Part shown: in pieces, positions 59,532-64,000 of the stretch
How the letters are laid out: the number at the start of each line of letters is the position of its first letter
Numbering within the stretch: position 1 is the first letter of the stretch
Origin: Myxococcota bacterium
GTDB lineage: Bacteria > Myxococcota_A > UBA796 > CAJQPC01
Assembly (NCBI GenBank): GCA_036229005.1
Contig: JAZAMN010000052.1
Coordinates: forward strand, 256,001 to 320,000
Direction of reading: 5' to 3'
DNA: 64,000 nt
Program-made: the position numbers and the translations under genes
The notes under the pieces: generated by a model
Seen by the model: the letters and a program-made list of their open reading frames with translations, nothing else
Told to the model about the DNA's origin: nothing
Database searches by the model: none

Positions 59532-62500
59532 GTGAGCACACTTCCGCTGCAACTGGGTCCCTTCACGCTTCTCGAGCGCATCGGTCGAGGTGGCATGGGG
59601 GACGTCTGGCGGGGCGAGCACCGAGGCAAGGGCCAGGAGGTCGCGCTCAAGGTGGTCGCCCTGCAGGAGGGCACGGGCCGCAGCCTGGAGGCCTTCCGGC
59701 GCGAGGTCCGGGCGGTCGCCGCGCTGGACCACGCCGGCATCATCCGGGTCCACGATCACGGCCTGGTCCGCCCTGCGCTCGTCGAGCAGAGTGGGGGGCT
59801 GCTCCTGGCGGACAGCGCCTGGCTGGCCATGGAGCTGGCGGACGGTGGCGCGCTCTCCAGCTTCCGGGGGCGGCTGTCCTGGCCCGTGCTCCGGCGCCTG
59901 CTGCTCTCGCTGCTTGACGCCCTGGCGCATGCGCACGCCCGCGGGGTGATCCACCGGGATCTCAAGCCCTCCAACGTGCTCTTTGGCGGTCCGGGTGGGG
60001 AGCAGCTCAAGCTCTCCGACTTCGGCCTCGCGCACGCGCTGGGGCGGCCCCACGGCTCCACATCCATGGCCGGAACCCCCGCCTATATGGCGCCCGAACA
60101 GTTCCTGGGTCGGTGGCGCGCCTTCGGCCCCTGGACCGACCTCTACGCGCTGGGCTGCACCTGCTGGGAGCTCGTGACCGGGACGCCCCCCTTCTCGGGG
60201 CGGGAGCTGAGTCAGCAGATGCAGGCCCACCTGCAGCAGGAGCCCCCCGCCCTGCAAGCTCTGATCACGGTCCCCCCTGAGCTGGAGTCCTGGCTCCGGC
60301 GCCTGCTCGCAAAGCGCCCTGAAGACCGCTTCCAGCGAGCGGCGGATGCGGCCTGGGCGCTGATGGGGCTGTCGGAGGTCGGGGGGCCGCCCGAAGGGGG
60401 GCTGGTGCTGGGGGGACCTCGCCCCACCCAGGATCTGCCTCAGCAGTCCGTCGCGCTGACCTGGGTCAGTGAGGTGATCGGTCAGACCCTCGTGCCCCCA
60501 CAAGCCCCTCCTCGCCTGCCGATGCCCCCGCTGGTGAGCTCCGGCCCGCTGATGGAGCGCGTCCTGCCGCCGCTCCCTGACACCCCTGGGGCCCACGCCG
60601 GGGCTGCTCAGGGGACCCCGGGGCTCGGGCTGCTGGGCCTGCGCACGCTGCCGCTGTTGGACCGGGAGGACGAGCGCGCGTGGCTCTGGAAGCAGCTCCG
60701 TGGCCGGGTCGAAGACGGTCAGCCTCACATGGTCGTGCTCCGGGGGCCCGCGGGCATCGGGAAGAGCCGCCTCTGTGCCTGGCTGAGCGAGCGCGCGCAC
60801 GAGCTGGGGGTCGCCCAGGTCTTCTACGCGCACCACACGCCGACTGGGGGCCCGGCAGAGGGGCTCACCGGCATGGTCGCCCGGCACCTGCACGCCGCGG
60901 GGCTGTCTCGCCAGGGCCTGCGCTCCAGCCTGGAGGAGCGCATGGGGGACACGGAGGCCCTCCGGCTGGAGGCGCTCGCCCTCACGGAGCTCCTGCGTCC
61001 GATGGAGCCGGGCGGCGGACTGCGCTCGGCCCGTGAGCGCCACGCCCTGGTGCGGGGTGTCCTGGAGCGCGCTCAGGGGCAGGGGCTGGAGCAGGGGCGG
61101 CGGGTGATCCTGCTGTGGCTCGACGATGTGCAGTGGGGCCGGGATGCGCTGCACTTTGCCGGCAGACTGCTCACCGAGGCGGGCTTTGATCGCCTCCCGG
61201 TCCTGATCCTGGCGACCGCTCGCACCGAAGCGCTGGTGGAGAGCCCCGCCGCTGAGGCCCTGTTGAACCAGGTCCTGCCCTTGCCGCGGGTCTCCGTGCG
61301 CGACATCGGTCCGCTCCCCCCAGACGACCAGCAGGCCCTGGTTCGGCACGAACTCGGTGTCGGCGGCGCGCTCGCGCAGGCGATCGAGGCCCGCAGCGCC
61401 GGGAACCCGCTCTTTGCCCAGCAGCTCGTCGGGGATCTGGTCGAGCGGGGGCAGCTCGTCGAGGGAGACGGCGGCTTTGAGCTGCGAGAGGGGGCTGAGC
61501 TGCGGCTCCCAGACGACCTGTACACCGTCTGGGGTGAGCGGGTGCGCGAGCTCCTCGTCGATCGTCCCTTCGTCGAGGACGTGCTGCTCTCGATCGCCGC
61601 CGCGCTGGGCTCGGACGTCGTGACCCGGGAGTGGCTGCTGGCCGCTCGCGCCTGGGGGCTCACCGGGGACCGCCTGGAGGCCGTCAGCGCCGGGCTCGTC
61701 GAGCGCCTGACGCGCCGCAGCCTCGCCCGCCGGAGCACGGACGGGTGGCGCTTTGTGCACGGGATGCTGCGAGACGCCATCCTGCGGCGGGCCGAAGAGG
61801 CGGGGCAGCTTGGGCTCCTGCACCTGGCCTGCGCGCGCGCCCTGGAGCAGCGCTACGGGGATGCGCCCGACCTCCAGGCGCGCCTGGCCCAGCACTTCAT
61901 GGGTGCGGAGCACTACCAGGAGGCCATCAGCCCCTTGGAGCGCGCCTTCCGCTACGCGCGCCGCTTGTCGGATCTGGAGTCGGTGACCTCGCTGGTGGAC
62001 GCCCGGGAAGAGGCGCTGCTGGGGGCACAGATCCGGGAGGTTGACCCCCGATGGATCGAAGGCCTGCTCGCCCGCTCCTTCGTCCTCCGCGCCGCAGGCC
62101 GCTTCGAGGACTCCCGGGAGGTCCTGGAGCAGGCGCTCGCGCTCGCGCAGGAGGCCAGGGACCCAGCCTTCGAGATCCGCATCGGCCGTCACCTTGCCGA
62201 GTCCATGCGCCAACAGGGCCTGGCCGCAGAGGCGGAGGCCCGCTTCGCCGCGCTGCTCCCGCTGGCCCAGGAGTTCGGGGACCTCCGGCTCACCGCGCTG
62301 ATCATGGAGGGGCTCGCCAACTGCGCGCGTGTGCTGCTCCGTGTGGACGAGGCCCGGGACCACATCCTGGCCGCTCAGCGCCTCTACCTGGAGGTCGGGG
62401 ATACGGCGGGGGAGGCCACCTGTCGGCGGGGGCTCGGAAACCTGGCGCGCAGTCAAGGGGACCTGCGCAGCGCTCAGGTCGAGGTGGGCCGCGCGCTCAT

Positions 62501-63062
62501 CATCTTCGAGCGCCTGGGTGAGCGCCTGGGGATGGCCAACTGCCTCAACGATCTCGGGGACTTCCACCGCTTCTCGGGTCGGCAAGGGGCCGCTCGGGAG
62601 CACTACCAGCGGGCACTGGCGCTCTACGAGAGCCTGGGCAGCTACGCCGCGCTCTACCCCCAGTTCAACCTCTGCCTGCTCCTGCTGGGGGAGGGGAGCT
62701 TCGGAGAGGCCCGCCGGCAGCTCTTGGCGCTCCGTGCGCGCTCGCGGCGCTCCGGCATCCTGGTCATGAACGGCTCCATCGCCCTCGCCCTGGCGGCTTG
62801 CGCGGCGGCCACCCACGACTGGGTCGACTACGACAAGCACCTGGGCGAGGGGAGGGCGGCGCTGGCCCGCAGCGGCGACATGGACCACGACAACGCCTGG
62901 CCAGCCCGGCTGGCTGGGGAGCTCGCGCTGCAGGCCGGGGAGACCGAGCGCGCCCTGACCGCGCTGACCATCGCCCGGGTGCAGTTCGACGCAATCGGGG
63001 CCGACGCGCTCGCTCGGGAGGTCCAGTCGCTGCTGGACTCTGCGGCTCCCATGGCGACCTGA
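59532..63062 (+). CDS. Hanks-type Ser/Thr kinase fused to an AAA/STAND-like ATPase and TPRs
   Basis: IGRGGMG.V, VALK, HRDLKPSN, DFG, GTPAYMAPE; GPAGIGKS, LWLDDVQW, GNPLF; C-terminal TPRs. Confidence 0.92.
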   Translation: MSTLPLQLGPFTLLERIGRGGMGDVWRGEHRGKGQEVALKVVALQEGTGRSLEAFRREVRAVAALDHAGIIRVHDHGLVRPALVEQSGGLLLADSAWLAMELADGGALSSFRGRLSWPVLRRLLLSLLDALAHAHARGVIHRDLKPSNVLFGGPGGEQLKLSDFGLAHALGRPHGSTSMAGTPAYMAPEQFLGRWRAFGPWTDLYALGCTCWELVTGTPPFSGRELSQQMQAHLQQEPPALQALITVPPELESWLRRLLAKRPEDRFQRAADAAWALMGLSEVGGPPEGGLVLGGPRPTQDLPQQSVALTWVSEVIGQTLVPPQAPPRLPMPPLVSSGPLMERVLPPLPDTPGAHAGAAQGTPGLGLLGLRTLPLLDREDERAWLWKQLRGRVEDGQPHMVVLRGPAGIGKSRLCAWLSERAHELGVAQVFYAHHTPTGGPAEGLTGMVARHLHAAGLSRQGLRSSLEERMGDTEALRLEALALTELLRPMEPGGGLRSARERHALVRGVLERAQGQGLEQGRRVILLWLDDVQWGRDALHFAGRLLTEAGFDRLPVLILATARTEALVESPAAEALLNQVLPLPRVSVRDIGPLPPDDQQALVRHELGVGGALAQAIEARSAGNPLFAQQLVGDLVERGQLVEGDGGFELREGAELRLPDDLYTVWGERVRELLVDRPFVEDVLLSIAAALGSDVVTREWLLAARAWGLTGDRLEAVSAGLVERLTRRSLARRSTDGWRFVHGMLRDAILRRAEEAGQLGLLHLACARALEQRYGDAPDLQARLAQHFMGAEHYQEAISPLERAFRYARRLSDLESVTSLVDAREEALLGAQIREVDPRWIEGLLARSFVLRAAGRFEDSREVLEQALALAQEARDPAFEIRIGRHLAESMRQQGLAAEAEARFAALLPLAQEFGDLRLTALIMEGLANCARVLLRVDEARDHILAAQRLYLEVGDTAGEATCRRGLGNLARSQGDLRSAQVEVGRALIIFERLGERLGMANCLNDLGDFHRFSGRQGAAREHYQRALALYESLGSYAALYPQFNLCLLLLGEGSFGEARRQLLALRARSRRSGILVMNGSIALALAACAAATHDWVDYDKHLGEGRAALARSGDMDHDNAWPARLAGELALQAGETERALTALTIARVQFDAIGADALAREVQSLLDSAAPMAT

Positions 63063-63158
63063 AACGGGCCTGGGGCGCCGCCTGGCTGAGTGTCGCCCAA
63101 CCGTCACCACCCCCAGGGGCCCTCGGGCGGTACGTCTGCCATCCAATCGGAGGGCACC

Positions 63159-63884
63159 ATGCCGACCAAGGGTGAGAAGCTCCACGAGGGCAAGAGCAAG
63201 CAGGTCTACGCAGTCCAGGGCGACGACCGCCACGTCATCCTGACCTACAAGGACGACGCCACTGCCTTCAACGGAGTCAAGAAGGACTCGGTCGAAGACA
63301 AGGGCGCCATCAACGCCGCCATCAACTGGCACCTGATGAACCACGTCTCCAAGGTCACCGGGGTCCCCAACCACCTGATCTCCGAGGTCGACGGCACCAA
63401 CCACCTCTGCCACAAGGTCGAGATCGTCCCGGTCGAGGTCGTCGTCCGCAACATCGTCGCCGGCTCCTGCGCCCGCCGCTTCGGCCGCGAGGAGGGCGAG
63501 GTCCTGCCCTTCCCCATGGTCGAGTTCTTCTACAAGTCCGACGAGCTCAACGACCCGCCCATCTCCGCTGTCCACGCCCGCGCTTTCGGCTGGGCCCACG
63601 ACTGGGAGCTGGCCTACTTCGAGCACGCCGCCCTGCGCGTCAACGCCGCCATGCAGGCCTTCTGGGACGCCCTGGGCGTCGACCTGGTCGACTTCAAGAT
63701 CGAGTTCGGCCGCACCCCCGAAGGCCACCTGCTGCTCGCCGACGAGATCTCCCCGGATGGCTGCCGCCTCTGGGAGCAGGGCACCGGCCGCAAGCTCGAC
63801 AAGGACGTCTTCCGCCGCGACCTGGGTGACCTCTCGGACACCTACCGCGAGCTCTACAAGCGCATCTTCGGCCGCAGCCTCTAA
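63159..63884 (+). CDS. purC: SAICAR synthetase
   Basis: EGKSK, KDDATAFNG, PVEVVVRN..AGS, EFFYK.D...DP, LVDFK.EFG, LADEISPD.CRLW, DKD.FR. Confidence 0.97.
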   Translation: MPTKGEKLHEGKSKQVYAVQGDDRHVILTYKDDATAFNGVKKDSVEDKGAINAAINWHLMNHVSKVTGVPNHLISEVDGTNHLCHKVEIVPVEVVVRNIVAGSCARRFGREEGEVLPFPMVEFFYKSDELNDPPISAVHARAFGWAHDWELAYFEHAALRVNAAMQAFWDALGVDLVDFKIEFGRTPEGHLLLADEISPDGCRLWEQGTGRKLDKDVFRRDLGDLSDTYRELYKRIFGRSL

Positions 63885-63893
63885 GGAGCCGCC

Positions 63894-64000
63894 ATGATCA
63901 CCGCCCGCGTCTTCGTGTCCCTCAAGCCCGGCGTCCTCGACCCCGCAGGGAAGGCTGTCAACCACGGCCTGCACTCCCTCGGTTTCGACGAGGTGAGCTC
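63894..64000 (+). CDS. purS: FGAM synthase subunit PurS (partial, runs off the window)
   Basis: MITARVFVSLKPGVLDPAGKAVNHGLHSLGFDEV; AAGGAG RBS. Confidence 0.92.
   Translation, partial: MITARVFVSLKPGVLDPAGKAVNHGLHSLGFDEVS

Noticed and set aside
63063..63158. Possible ZTP or PRPP riboswitch before purC
   Set aside because: GC-rich pairing potential, but the pfl and ykkC consensus elements could not be matched

Overview
A GC-rich bacterial chromosomal segment of about 62 genes and three tRNAs. The gene content and protein styles suggest a Myxococcota/deltaproteobacterial lineage (inference only). Housekeeping genes include rplI, dnaB, guaA, rpsU, holA, rpsT, ugd, lepA, lepB, pyrRBC', greA, mutY, coaD, glmS, purC and purS, interspersed with envelope and signalling genes. 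No CRISPR array, integrase, transposase or prophage was seen. The strongest candidate for an undescribed system is the coupled pair at 6117-8809: two exported proteins share a C-terminal domain resembling one TolC/OEP half-repeat, fused to an Asp-box beta-propeller in one and to a ComEA-like DNA-binding HhH in the other. Other notable items are a split gamma-glutamyl-carboxylase-like (HTTM) gene pair, a membrane-anchored ECF sigma/anti-sigma-like fusion and several intact ORFs with replaced catalytic motifs (RecG-like, zincin, metallophosphoesterase, PyrC'). Two window-wide patterns also stand out: TAnnnT boxes 6-8 nt before start codons (likely leaderless mRNAs) and very short signal peptides with no basic n-region. 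All family calls come from motif recognition by eye; no searches were run.
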